Positions 32,562-45,704 of a DNA stretch of 64,000 nucleotides are shown here, piece by piece. Location of the stretch: the NCBI RefSeq assembly GCF_030684315.1, contig NC_081380.1, positions 34,870,705 through 34,934,704 of the forward strand. Reading direction: 5' to 3'. Under the pieces are notes generated by a model. That model did no database searches. It had not been told where the DNA came from and worked only from the letters and a program-made list of their open reading frames with translations. Source of the stretch: Stegostoma tigrinum. Its lineage: Eukaryota. Every line of letters begins with the position of its first letter. Within the stretch, counting starts at the first letter, position 1. The position numbers and the translations under genes were made by a program.

Positions 32562-33494
32562 TTAGCAACAATGTCCTTCCTCAGACTAGGAGACCGAAAC
32601 TACACACAATACTCAAGCTGGGATCCCACCAACGCCCGGTATAACTGCAGCCAGACATCCCTACTTCTATGCTCAAATCCTCAGTTATGCCCAGTTTCCC
32701 ACTGCTGTTGTTCCGTGAAGACTATCTCCCATGAATGACATTCATCAAAAAAGTCTAATGGCAAAACAAGGCACCATTGACAACTCTTCATTCAATTTTC
32801 TTCAATAATTTAATCCAAGGCAGCAGTCTCTTTATTCCAGAGATATGCAATCAGTCCTGCACAGCCTTTACTGCAATTTTTTTTGGCTTGAATTTCCATC
32901 CCGAGTCAGCAGTACTGATTGGAAGCCTTGTTTTTGAGAAATCTTGTTTTCACGTTTCCCCTGAAAATATCATCCCTTACCATTTCTTCAGAACTACCAC
33001 TGAACACACCTTAGAATCCACTGAAATCCTTAAAGTGGGACCTTCTTATTTAGCATTGCCAAAAATCAGGACACACGTTTCCAGACATTCCTTACTTGGC
33101 TATAATTTATTACCAAGTCACGGACTAGAAGCTGTATTTCTTAAAACTATTATTACGATGGAGAAAATGGTGCCAAAGCTGCAGTTCTGGAAGTCTCACT
33201 CCCAAACTTGGTGCCCACTATTTTCATCATGAGGGTGTGTGTGGGGGCAGGTTGTGGATTACACAACTGTGCTGAACGGAGGCTGCTGCATATGAGCTGC
33301 CCTCAGTCTTTACGAGAGTGTTGTCCCCAACACGACCGTGTACATTTTACACTGCTGGGAGAAGGCCAAAAACTACAAAATAATTGAGAGGGTAGTACCC
33401 TTTGGAACCATCATGCACGTTAGAACTATCTTAATGTAACAGGAAGCGTTCAGACATTTAAAACATTAGCTTTGAAGTTTAAAAAAGTCTATGA

Positions 33495-33805
33495 TCATAG
33501 AATCCTGATAGTGTGGAAACAGGCCCTTCAACCCAACATGTCCACGCTGACCCTCAGAGCATCCCACCCAGACTCGTCCGCCTCTAACCCACCTAATCTA
33601 CACATCCCTAAACACTATGGGCAATTTAACATGGCCAATCCACCTTGCCTGCACATCTTTGGAATGTGGGAGGAAACTGGAGCACCCAGAGGAAACCCAT
33701 GTAGATACGAGGAGAACGTGCAAACTCTGCACAGTCGCCTGAAGGTGGAATTGAACCCGGCTCCCAGGCACTGTGAGGCAGCAGTGCTAACCACCGTGCC
33801 ACCTC
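33495..33805 (-). mobile_element. HE1-like V-SINE
   Basis: Reverse complement of the 60597 family. Confidence 0.85.
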
Positions 33806-35597
33806 AATGGTTTTTAAGAAATTGGTGCTTGGTGTTTCACTCTGCTATAAGCTGAGGGCTACCTTTATAAGAGGATGACTGCTTTCAGAAGCTAAAGTTA
33901 TCACAGCAGAGTGCCTCTCAGTTTGTATTTTAATTCACAACTCCAGATGCTTATGAAGACCTTGTTGCATGTTTATGAATGCAAATGTTTTTTTATATAA
34001 AGGATTAAGTTGTTGAAGAAATTTAAATAGAGCAAATGGATTTTTAATCTTGGAGAGTGTTTCTTCTCATCTGGCAGCTCCTGTGGCTTCATTTGCGTTG
34101 CTTCTGGGGCAGCAGGACTGAATTTACACCTGGCCACAGTCAGGTCATCCCGGCCACTTTCTGACAAGTCAGGTTTGCAGGCTTCCAATCAGTACTGCTG
34201 ACTCAGGATGAAAATTCAAGCCAAAAAAAATGCAGTAAAGGCTGTTCAGAATGTGACACATGAATTCAGGTGACCATTCACTGAATGAGATATTATTGAC
34301 TGAATGTGAATGGAAACAATGTGAATAATTGTCCCCTGTCTCCTGTCAGGACAAGTTACATACGGAAGTGGGCTATAGGACCTGACTTACTGTTTTGTTG
34401 AACTCTCCCCTGAAGCTGTGATATTCCCACTCTGTCCGTCAAGCCATAACCCGACCCTGAAGGATGCTCTTTATCTTCAATGAGTGGTTATGACAATGGT
34501 CCCCAGTGAGAGTATTCACGGTTTGAAACCTGGAAATTGAGCATTGTGGGATGGTGACATCATTGAGATGGTAAAACCTTTCAGCCAGTATGTCCCTGTC
34601 TACTGATATGGCCAAGACACCTCTCATGTGCAGTCTGTCCACATTGTTTTGAATGTTAGCATTGACCCATTCTTCTTTAACTTGGCTGAAGTGTTACATT
34701 TTATTCAGTTCTGTTCATTTTTTCCCCAAAATTTACATCTTTGTTCACGTTCTTTTTCAAAGAAGGTGATATAAGGAGAGCACATTGCTTGTAACGGTAT
34801 GAAGGTCGTGGACATTAAATGGGGATTCATTATAAATAGGAAAAGACTGAAACTACAGTTGTCGAGTTAGGAGATGTGTGCTTGTAATGCATTACTCTGC
34901 AAGTAAAGGGTCATAAAATATGTGTCAGTCCTATCCCTCACTGCCTGACATCCTGGAATGGAGCAGGACTCATTGTTCAAATGCACACGTTGCATATGAG
35001 GCCCAGAAGGTCACAGGGGGTGGGGTAAATGCCATCTGTACCACAGCGGTGTGCCAGAACGAGAAGCAGCAGCTACAAAACCAGCACACACCTAGGCCTG
35101 GCCTGACCTTCCTTCCACGCAGTTCCCTGGTGGAATGATTGTGCTCTGTTTGAAATCTGTGACCCTGATTTATTCTCTTTTCTGCATGCTCTCAGGTAGT
35201 TCTTTACACAGATACTGTTGCTGATTGACTCCAGGGTCTCTCAGTATTTATCTGCTTCAACATAAACGTTCCTCAATGTTGGAATTTTGTGGGAATATAG
35301 CATACTTTGTAGTTTAATTTCAAAGAGCTGTTTTCTTCCGACTGGGGTTTTGCTCAGAACTCACTGTTGTATTATCCCATGCTCTTTGTCACTGTTTGGA
35401 TTCCCTGCTTTACTCTGAGACCAACTGGAAGCTAAACTAAGTGCCGTCTTGAAACCAAATGTTTAGAACTATTCATATCACCTTGTGGTTCCCAACCCTT
35501 TCCCTTTGTCCTGGGATTCTTCACGAGCTAAAGATCAATCTCCTGGTCACTGCTTCAAGCAAATTGGGAGAAAGAAACAGAACAGCGTTAATAAGGA

Positions 35598-35753
35598 TAA
35601 TAAAATGTGAGGCTGGATGAACACAGCAGGCCAAGCAGCATCTCAGGAGCACAAAAGCTGACGTTTTTATCTACATCTTGTTATTTCAGGTTTAAGCATG
35701 CCATCTTACTTCATAGAGAATATCAGAGATAATGGGAACTGCAGCTTTAACCC
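35598..35753. mobile_element. Rearranged pseudo-LTR fragments
   Basis: Perfect 17-bp flanking duplication AACAGCGTTAATAAGGA at 35581 and 35754. Confidence 0.75.
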
Positions 35754-36216
35754 AACAGCGTTAATAAGGACTTTTTTTTCTCTCATTTTGTGAAAGATTT
35801 GTGTCTGGTAAAACTCCACTGCCTCCCACTTTTTCGTTTGGTATCATCTGCAATTCTGACCACTCTACACCAAGATTCTGAACTCAGGCCACCCAATCCA
35901 GCTGCCTCACTACAAATTAGTCTGACATTGAAATGTGCCTCAGCTTTGATGACAGGGAATCTAGCTAAATTACAGCAGAATACCACTAGGGGGGGAGCTT
36001 TACAAGCACTTGTTGCTTTCTCCCATTCGTAATGCAGTTGGGACAACATTTTCTGCTCTCTGTAAGTGTTCCATCTCCAGAGGTAAATTGTTTACATTGT
36101 CAATGAAAGTAATTTGCTTAGCTGTGTACATTACTCTATCTGGCATACAGTTTTTTGTAAAGGGAATGTCTGTGTAGTAAGAAAGAGCTGTACACGTGCC
36201 CTGATGTAATGAATTG

Positions 36217-36222
36217 AATAAA
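36217..36222 (+). terminator. Candidate poly(A) signal AATAAA, possibly the distal end of the tapasin-like transcript
   Basis: AATAAA followed by a T/GT-rich tract in unique UTR-like sequence; gene assignment is unproven. Confidence 0.3.
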
Positions 36223-36449
36223 GACTTGTTTTTACTGAGTTTATAAGAATCATAGGTAATGTACAGCCATTATTATTTGGTACTTGGTTATTTCACTGGA
36301 ATAAATGCACTAGTTCTATGACCTGTCAGATTTAACATTGGTTTAAAAATAAACGCAAGTAACAATTAAAGTGAGCAAGTCTCTAGTCATTTAATTCTTA
36401 ATCGGTAAATCAATATAATTTAAACAAAATCTTGTTGCCAATCTTATTC

Positions 36450-37030
36450 AGTGATGCTCCAGTGTGATATTGAGGAAATGCTACACTGTTGGAGTTGCTA
36501 TCTATGGATGAGAGCTTGAATTAAGACCCCATCCATTTTCTTGGGTGGACATAAAAGATCCCATGGCAATATTCAAGATGGACTAAGACATTCTCCCTTC
36601 CTGTTGAAACTTTTAGGCATTCAAATACCTGGGTGAGGCAAGGAAAGTCAACAATATTGAAAATGAGAAATAAAATCAAATCGGAAACTACTTTTTCATG
36701 TTCAGTCAAACTAGTGGGATAAGTTTTTAATCATCCGATAATAGCAAGGACCCTGATATGATCTTGTAACTAATAACAATATCATTAGGCATTTTATTCA
36801 TATGAATGTGCTAGTTGATATTTAACCCTCACCCAGCATAATTGAAATAATCACAAGATTTTTTAAAAAGTTTTTTTTTCTCATTAATGTTTATGGGATG
36901 TTACTTTGCACAAATTGATTGCTGCTTTTGCCTAAATGGTGACCATGCTTCAAAAGCAAGTGAATAATTTGTAAAATGTTTTGAGGTGTTCTGACCTTGT
37001 GAAAGGCATAATATAAATGCCATTTTAACA
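36450..37030 (+). mobile_element. Deu-domain SINE remnant (AmnSINE1/SacSINE1-like)
   Basis: GGATGAGA..GGTGGACATAAAAGATCCCATGGCA matches the recalled Deu core. Confidence 0.6.
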
Positions 37031-37063
37031 CTCCACCCTGCTCCTTGGCCAACATTCTGTCTC

Positions 37064-40020
37064 TGAGATAATGGGAACTGCAGATGCTGGAGAATCTGAG
37101 ATAACAAAGTGTGGAGCTGGATGAACACAGCAGGCCAAGCAGCATCTTAGGAGAACAAAAGCTAAAGTTTCGGGCATAGACCCTTCATCAGAAAAGGGGG
37201 AGGGGGAGACAGTTCTGAAATAAATAGGGCGAGAGGGGAGGCGGATCGAAGATGCAAACAGGATAAGACAGGTTAAAGGGGCGGGGATGGAGCCTGTTCA
37301 AGGTGATATAGGTGGGGAGGTAGGGAGGGGATAGGTCAGTCCGGGGAGGATGGACAGGTCAAGGGGACAGGATGAGGTTAGTAGGTAGGAAATGGAGGTG
37401 CAGCTTGAGGTAGGAGGAAGGGATAGGTGAGGGGAAGAACAGGTTAGGGAGGTGGGGATGAGCAGGGCTGGTTTTGGGATGCAGTGGGGGAAGGGGAGAT
37501 TTTGAAGCTTGTGACGTAACCCCGCGCACAGCCGACGCCGATATCACTCCACCCACAGCCTCTGCAACCAGCAGCTGCAGAGAAGACAGCCACACTGAGC
37601 ACTGCCGAATCGTCACCATCCCCCAAGTCTTTCCCCTGACTGAGGACGAATGGTAAGCCCTCAGTTAAGGGGCTCACCTTTGTCCCCCTCCACCCTCAAA
37701 TAATGAATACCAGTCACGTTTGGACATTGAGCAGTTTTTCCGCCACCTTCGCCTCCACGCTTACCTCTCTAACTGTGAGCCTAACCATCCCTCCACTGAT
37801 CCCTTCTCCCGCCTCCAACACAAGTCCTCCTCCTGAACACCACCCCCGGGCCTCCTACCCTCCCTCGACCTCTTCATCTCCAACTGCCATCGAGACATTA
37901 ACTGCCTCAACCTCTCCACCCCTCTCACTCACTCCAACGTCTCCCCCGCAGAACGGGCAGCCCTCTGCTCCCTCCGCTCCAACCCCAACCTCACCATAAA
38001 ACCCGCAGACAAGGGTGGCGCAGTGGTAGTATAGCGCTCTGACCTCGACATCGCTGAGGCCAGGCACCAACTCTCCAACACCTCCTCCTACCGCAACCTT
38101 GACCATGACCCCACCCCCGAGCACCAAACCATCATCTTCCAAACCATCCACAACCTCATCACCTCAGGTGACCTCTCACCCACAGCCTCCAACCTCATTG
38201 TTCCCCAACCAAGCACTGCACGCTTCTGTCTCCTTCCTAAAATCCACAAACCTGCCTGCCCTGGTCAACCCATTATATCCCCCTGCTCCTGCCCCACCGA
38301 ACTCGTCTCCACCTATCTGAACTCCATTTTCTCCTCCTTGGTCCAGGAACTCCCTACCTATGTCCGTGAAACCACCCACGCCCTCCAACTCCTCCAGAAC
38401 TTCCAATTCCCTGGCCCCCAACACCTCATTTTTACTATGGACGTCCAGGCCCTATACACCTGCATTCCCCATGCAGATGGCCTAAAGGCCCTCCACTTCT
38501 TCCTGTCCCGCAGGCCCAAACAGTTCCCCTCCACCGACACCCTCATCCGCCTAGCGGAACTCGTCTTCACCCTCAACAAGTTCTCTTTTGATTCCTCCCA
38601 CTTCCTACAGACAGAGGGGGTGGCCATGGGTACCCGCATGGGCTCAAGCTATGCCTGCCTCTTTGTAGGTTACGTGGAACAGTCCCTCTTCCGTACCTAC
38701 ACTGGGCCGAAACCCCACCTCTTCCTCTGTTACATTGATGACTGTATCGGTGCCGCCTCATGCTCCCAAGACGAGCTCGAACCGTTCATCCACTTCACCA
38801 ACACCTTCCACCCAACCTCAAGTTCACCTGGGCCATCTCCAACACATCCCTCATCTTCCTGGACCTCGCTATCACTATCTCAGGCAACCACGCAGAAACC
38901 GATATCCATTTCAAGTCCACCGACTCCCACAGCTACCTAGAATACACCTCCTCCCACCCACCTTCCTGCAAATATTCCATCCTCTATTCCCAATTCCTTT
39001 GCCTCTGCCGCATCTGCTCTCAGGATGAGGCATTCCACTCCTGTACATCTCACATATCCTCGTTTTTCAAGGACCGCAACTTCCCTCCCGCAGTGGTCAA
39101 GAACACCCTCGACCGTGTCTCCCGCATTTCCTGCAACTCCTCCCTTACACCCCATCCCTGCAATAACCGCCAATAGAGAATCCCCCTCGTCCTCACATAC
39201 CACCCCACCAATCTCCGGATCCAAAGCATCATCCTCTGACACTTCTGCCACCTGCAATCCAAACCCACCACTAAAGACATTTTTCCCTCCCATCCTTGTC
39301 TGCTTTCCGGAGGGACCACTCTCTCCGTGACTCCCTTGTCTGCTCCACACTCCCCTCCAACCCCACCACACGTGGCACATTCCCCTGCAACCGCAGTAAG
39401 TGCTACATTGCTCCCACACCTCCTCCCTCACCCCCATCCCAGGCCCCAAGAAGACTTTCTACATCATGCAGACGTTCATCTGCACATCTGCCAATGTGCA
39501 CATCCGCTGTACCCACTGTGGCTTCCTCTACATCAGGGAAACCAAGCGGAGGCTTGGGGATCACTTTGCAGAACACCTACGCTCGGTTCGCAATAAACAA
39601 CTGCACCTCCCAGTCGTAAACCATTTCAACTCCCCCTCCCATTCCTTAGACAACATGTCCATCCTGGGCCTCCTGCAGCGTCACAATGATGCCACCCGAA
39701 GGTTGCAGGAACAGCAACTCATATTCCACTTGGGAACCCTGCAGCCTCAATGTGGATTTCACAAACTCCCCTCCCCTCACTGCATCCCAAAACCAGCCCT
39801 GCTCATCCCCGCCTCCCTAACCTGTTCTTCCTCTCACCTATCCCCTCCTCCCACCTCAAGCCGCACCTCCATTTCTTACCTACTAACTTCATCCCACTCC
39901 CTTGACCTGTCCGTCCTCCCCAGACTGACCTATCCCCCTTCCTACCTCCCCACCTACACTCACCTCTACAGGCTCCATCCCTGCCCCTTTAACTTGTCTG
40001 TCTCCTCTCCACCTATCTTC
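37064..40020 (+). mobile_element. Decayed Penelope-like retroelement (Neptune type) with an inverted pseudo-LTR at its 5' side (about 37064-37514, minus strand)
   Basis: RT motifs KPADKGGAVV, FTMDVQALYT, GVAMGT, YIDD; GIY-YIG (CTHCGFLYIRETKRRL); stops and frameshifts; about 37260-37510 is the reverse complement of about 39765-40010. Confidence 0.94.
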
Positions 40021-40957
40021 TTCTGTATCAAATCTGAAACTAGTGGGACACAGGTCTTTTATCTTCTGACTGCAACATGGACCCTAGTATGATTTTGTAA
40101 CTAATGACAATATCATTATGTATTTTGCTGCAATGCCTCCAGGATTTTGCCCATCCCGAGTTACCTGTAAAGGACTTCCACATGACATGATATGGTTTCC
40201 TACAGTAGTACAAGCCATAATCTTGCTCGTTTTCAGATGGTTTCATGTGTAACATGGTGTGAGGTGTGACACATCCTCAAAACTTCGAACATACGTATAT
40301 AAATTCACATTTGATAAATAGAATGGGGTCTTTGATCTAGATTTTGTCTCTATTTTGTTGCTAGACTCAGTCATGTGGACACGTTATTGAAAATGAAGGT
40401 GCCGAAGGATGTGGGATTGCACATAGAAATCTGATTAGGGTAGAAACTGCCTGGCCTCAGTGTAGTAATGTCGATGATTTATTGAGTTTTAAAAAATCTG
40501 GCAGTATGGCAAAACAGAAAATAACAGAAGCATACAGCTTCCCCCATTGCCGCTTGCTAAAGAAAGATAGATCAGTCTTTTTAATGGACCGTTCTGCAGA
40601 CCAGCTCTGACTAAGGGTCACACAAGAAAGTTATTCTGCTAGTTCTATCTGTGCTGGTTAACAAGAACTACCTTACCAGCCCCGTTTTTGCTTTCCCTCC
40701 GTTAATTCCCTACTGATTTTATCTGTTTGGGTATTTATTCAATTCCTTTTAGCAAGTTATGATTCAGGCAATGCTGTTCAATTTATACTTACCTGCAGTA
40801 CGGAGAGATTTATCAGCACAACAAATTAGAAGTAGGCCATTTGGCTGTTGTTGCCTGCTCTGCTAATTGTTAACATTGTCGCTGATAGCGACCTTAACTG
40901 AACTTTCATGCCTACCCCAGGTAACCTTTGACCTCTGTTGTCCGTTAAGAATCAACC

Positions 40958-41205
40958 CTCAGTGTCCCTACCCCTGAACTGAGAGAGTCGGATTCAAGTC
41001 CCACCTGCGCCAGAGGTGTGTAATAACATCTCTGAGCTGGTTGACTGGAAAAATAGGGGGAAAAAAAATTAAAAAGCACTTGCAAGAGAGCCCTGTTGTG
41101 GCACAGTGGCAGTGTCCCTACCCCGACACTGAGAGGCCTGAGTTCAAGTCCCACCAGCTCCAGCAATCGCTAAAACATCTCTAAACAGATTGATTAGAAA
41201 AATAG
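40958..41205 (+). repeat. Tandem pair of short tRNA-like SINE units
   Basis: CAGTGTCCCTACCCC..TTCAAGTCCCACC..AACATCTCT occurs twice; a related minus-strand copy lies at about 20885-20975. Confidence 0.65.
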
Positions 41206-41271
41206 GTTTAAAAAAATCAAACTAACAACTAATTTAGAAATAATCAATGACCTCCTAACTCCACTGCCCAT

Positions 41272-42086
41272 TGTAATGAAGTCAGCCAGGTAGACCTCAT
41301 AGAATATGAGTTGGACCAGATTAACAGGCCCAGTTAGGGAGCCCTGGCTGGCAGATGATAAACAGGAGTTTCAGAGATGCTGACACTCAGGATCAGACAT
41401 GGACAGTCCCTGGCCAGAGCCAGGGACTTTCCACGTGTAAGTAAAGGGTGACAGTTACAGTCATTTTACAGTTGCATAGGACTTTGGTTCGACCACATTT
41501 GGAATACTGCGTACAGTTTTGGTCGGCACATTATCAAAAGGATGTAGATGCTTTGGAGAGGGTGCAGAGGAGGTTCACCAGAATGTTGCCTGGTATGGAG
41601 AGTGCTAGCTATGAGGAGAGGTTGAATAGATTAGGAATATTTTCATTAGAAAGACGGAGATTGAGGGGGGACCTGATTGACGCCTACAAAATCATTAGAG
41701 ATATAGACAGGGTGGATAGAAAGAAGCTTTTTCCCAGAGTGGGGGACTCAATTACTAGGGGTCATGATTTCAAGGTGAGAGGGGAAAAGTTTAAGGGAGA
41801 TATGCATGGAAAGTTCCTTACGCAGAGGGTGGTGGGTGTCTGGAGCATGTTGCCAGTGGAGGTGTTAGAGGTGGGCACGATAGTGCCATTTAAGATGTAT
41901 CTAGACAGATACATGAATGAGCAGGGAGCAGAGGGATACAGATCCTTGGAAAATAGGCGAAAGGTTTAGATAGAGGATCTGGATTGGTGCAGGCTTGGAG
42001 GGCCGAAGGGCCTGTTCCTGTGCTGTAATTTTCTTTGTCCTTTGGTGGCTTGGCGACTGGATGCCAGCCTCTGCGGAGATAGTTCA
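41272..42086 (+). mobile_element. Solo LTR (TG...CA) split by a CR1 insertion
   Basis: Starts TGTAATG and ends GTTCA; 5-bp TSD CCCAT at 41267-41271 and 42087-42091. Confidence 0.75.
41458..42040 (+). mobile_element. CR1 LINE 3' end
   Basis: ORF 41448-41969 (LVRPHLEYCVQFWS..RRRLRGDLI). Confidence 0.93.
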
Positions 42087-42484
42087 CCCATTGGGGCAGG
42101 GAATTCCACAGACCAATGGGCCTGTGACAGAAGAATGTTCCCCCTCTTAAACTAAGTGGGGAGACCCCTTATCTTTGTGCTGTGTCCCAAAGTACAAGTC
42201 TTTTCCACAAGCATAAACACCCTCACAACATCCAGCCTGTTAACCCCACCACTTCAATAAAATCACGTCATTCTTCCCAACTCCAAAGGATATAGGCCCC
42301 ACCTCTCCAATGTTCCCTCATGTCACAGCATTGTTAAAGGTGTGCTAAGTTAGATATTTAAATTATAATTCCATTGGCTGGTGGTACATGGAATGATTTT
42401 GTACAGAAGATTATTTTACTTAACAAAGGAACTGGCTGGAAGCAGCTGTTAATTTGCACCTGAAAAACCATATTCCAGTCCATG

Positions 42485-42641
42485 ATAACAAAGTGTGGAG
42501 CTGGATGAACACATCAGGACAAGGGTCTAGGCCCGAAACGTCAGCTTTTGTGCTCCTAAGATGCTGCTTGGCCTGCTGTGTTCATCCAGCTCCACACTTT
42601 GTTATCTCGGATTCTTCAGCATCCGCAGTTCCCATTATCTC
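42485..42641. mobile_element. Fold-back pseudo-LTR insertion with partial hammerhead (GGGTCTAGGCCCGAAACGTC)
   Basis: Inverted arms; TSD TTCCA(G/C)TCCATG at 42473 and 42642. Confidence 0.8.
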
Positions 42642-42939
42642 TTCCACTCCATGGAGTGTAAACAGAATCACCGATAGATACATAGAGACCAGGAGCGCAA
42701 AGAGGCTGTTCAGCCCCTCAAGCCTGCTTTGCCATTCAATATGATCAGCATTGCTCCTTCATCTCCCACAATCGCATTGAATGAGATTGAGATGGCGATG
42801 GTGTGAACAGAGGTGTGAACAGCTCCTTCCAAATTCTCCACGATGGAGATTGGACTATTCTGCAGTCATAGCTAGCATATGTTTGTTAACAGACCCTCCC
42901 CATTCCTCAGATGCATGTAAATTGTACAGTACATAATTA

Positions 42940-43105
42940 AGAAATGCCTTTGAGTTCATTATGACTGTGGAGAAAGTCAAACCCCAATGTTTGTTTGTTT
43001 TCCAGACAGTACAGAACTGAACTGCTTTAGTAACTGTGTATGCTTTAGGGACTGTGTATAATGTAAAAATTTTTAATGAATAAAGTATATTCCTGCTATC
43101 AAAAA
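42940..43105 (+). mobile_element. LINE 3' tail with AATAAA (second copy at about 48800-48880)
   Basis: CAGAACTGAACTGCTTTAG..ATGAATAAAGTA is shared by both sites. Confidence 0.55.
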
Positions 43106-43694
43106 ATAGCTGGGATGTTAAAAATGAAATCCCTCAGCTAACACATGAGGCTAAGGAGAAACAATGCAAGACATTCTGTATTCTTTGGAATGTACAACCA
43201 ACACATAGACAGATCCATATGATCCAGCCTTTAGCGTCTGTGGCTGCTGGATTCAAAAATGCAGAGATTGGTGCAGAGCAGTGAGCGGACACTGCGTTAC
43301 CACCCCACACCAACATCTTTCTCACTCTCCCTCCAACCGCTAAAAGATAATGGTGGTAACAAGGTGTAGAGCTGGATGAACACAGCAGGCCAAGCAGCAT
43401 CTTCGGAGCAGGAACGCTGATGTTTCAGGCCTAGACCGGCCCTGTTTGCGGTTTGTAAAACAATCGGTAAACCTCCTTGTTGCAAAGAGAATTTTAAAGG
43501 AAGATTTCAACTCAGCAACAGAGGTTTAATAACCAATATTACAAAGAGAACTGCTTCATTCAGGGCCAAAACGTAAAACCTTATGCATTTCCTTATTTTC
43601 AAATCTGCATTGTTAACTTAGGTTAACTCTTCAAAGTTGTATTTTTCTGCATGTTTGGGGTTTGAGTGTGTCTTGGTGTGCACTAGGATCACGG

Positions 43695-44010
43695 AATCAA
43701 ATAGCCTGGAAAAAAAATCCTTTGATCCTTATCATCCATGCTGACCAGATATTCTAAACTGAATGAGTCCCATTTGTCTGTGTTTGGCCCATGTCCCTCT
43801 GAACCTTTCGAAATCATGTACCTGTCCAGATGTCTCTTAAATGTTGTAATTGTACCCACCTCTACCACTTCCTGTGCCATCTCATTCCATATATGCACCA
43901 CCCTCTGTGTGATTAAGTTAGCCTCTCAGGTCCCTTTACAAACATTCTTCTCTCACCTTAAATGTGTGCCCTCTAATTTTGGACTCCCCTACCCTGGGAA
44001 AAAGACGTTG
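43695..44010 (-). mobile_element. CR1 LINE 3' end
   Basis: TFKRHLDRYM motif. Confidence 0.85.
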
Positions 44011-45704
44011 AAAGTGGCCAATATTTGTACATTTAAAAACATATTTTTAGTATATTTTTTACCAAAATTGGTTGTATCAATAAAACTAGTTTCATATTTG
44101 TTAACTCAGGATGTTTGATTTAATTCTTGCAAACTGCACAGGTTCAGCCTAGAACATAATGAATTGGCAATCCAGTATCATATTCTAAAATTGAAAAAGC
44201 CTGTTGCTGTCACCAACATAGTGGGATAAGAGAAAAAACCAGTTAATCCTCCTCACTTGGGTGTATCAATAACCTTTCTGTTTCCTCTGTGTGTGTTTTC
44301 AATTGCTGTGTGCTATGAAATGGTAGAATTATTTTGGTGACTGATTTATTTTGATAATGTATTTGCTGTATGGGTCGAGATCAAGGAACTGAAACTGCGA
44401 GAACTGAAGAGTCACTTATTTCGCCAAACTCGCCCTCTCTGTCAGTTTCTGGGGTAGTGAAGGCAACCGGTATTGTCTTCAAGTGGCCAAACTGCCTCTG
44501 ATTTGCCCCCTATCATTTCAGACACTTCAGTAAATCATCACATCGCTGACCATCCTGGCTTATTGCTCCTGTAGGAAAATACCTTTCTTTGCAGGATCTT
44601 GTGGGCCAGGCTGGGGAGGGGAGGAAGGTCTCTCCTGCAAAAGCGCTGAGTCACACATTGTCCCCCACCCCCTGCCAGTGCACCTTGTTGGCAAACCCCA
44701 CCCTGTGGCTCCACCCTCCTCAATGCAATCTCTCATCTTGAGCCTGGGCCCCTCTGCTCTCCAGAACCTCAGTTGGATGCAGTCCCAATAGCAGTCACAG
44801 TGTCCCCAGTGTTAAATACAGAAGATCTGCCTGATCTTAATTGACTCTTCACAGGCTGACCATCTCTGACCCTGTATCCTGTTTGATTTTATAAGAAGTC
44901 ATTCAGGGCTTAGGGATTCTACTGTGTCGTTTTAACCTGGGGTCTGTAGCCTCCAGAGGACTGTGAGTGAAGCCCCAGACTCGGAAGACTATCACCAGAT
45001 TGTTAGCTTACATTTATCTGAAATCTCTCAGTTGGAGGCCATGTTGAAAACAACCAAGAGAGTTCTCCCTGATTAATATTTGTCTTTCTTTTATTCTTTC
45101 ATGGGATGTAGGGTTTTGTTTAGCGATGTCAAAATTTATTACCCATCTCAAATCGCTTTTGAATGGAATGATTCATTAGGCCAGTTTAGTGGTCAGTTAA
45201 GAGTCAACCACATTGCTATTGGTCTGGAGTTACATATATTTGGTTCTGTCATGTAGACATCACTGGCCAGTCTTGCATTTATTGCCCATCCCTAGATGAC
45301 TCGGAGAAGGTTGTGGCCAATGTCCCTCTCAAAGTGTTGTAGTCCATTCAGAGCAGGAATAGCAGATTTCTTTCCCTAAGGGTGCACCTGTGAACCAGAT
45401 GTGTCTTTACAACAATCAACGATAGCTTCACCGTCACTGTTCCTGAGAATAGCTTTCAATTCCAGGCTTCTTTTTGATTAATTGAATTCAAATTTTGTCA
45501 CTTGCTGGGTGGGATTTGAACCCATTTTGCTAAAGCAATGGCCTGGGCCTCTGGATCGCTGTTTCAGTGACAAAACCATTACGTCATGCCCTCTCCGACC
45601 AAAACAACATTGTTAGAGCATATGAACTGGTTGTTATGATAATATTGTTTATGGGATCTTGCTCTGTGTGAACTTTATGCTGCATTTCCTACGTTCTGCC
45701 ACTA

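Larger units (their letters stand above)
31730..32685 (-). mobile_element. CR1 LINE 3' fragment interrupted by a pseudo-LTR and a MITE
   Basis: SRTRGHSLRIRG..KNFFT motif. Confidence 0.85.

Noticed and set aside
32777-33232. 151-aa plus-strand ORF downstream of the tapasin-like gene
   Set aside because: Non-ATG start, overlaps an inverted-repeat arm, and shows no similarity that I recognise.
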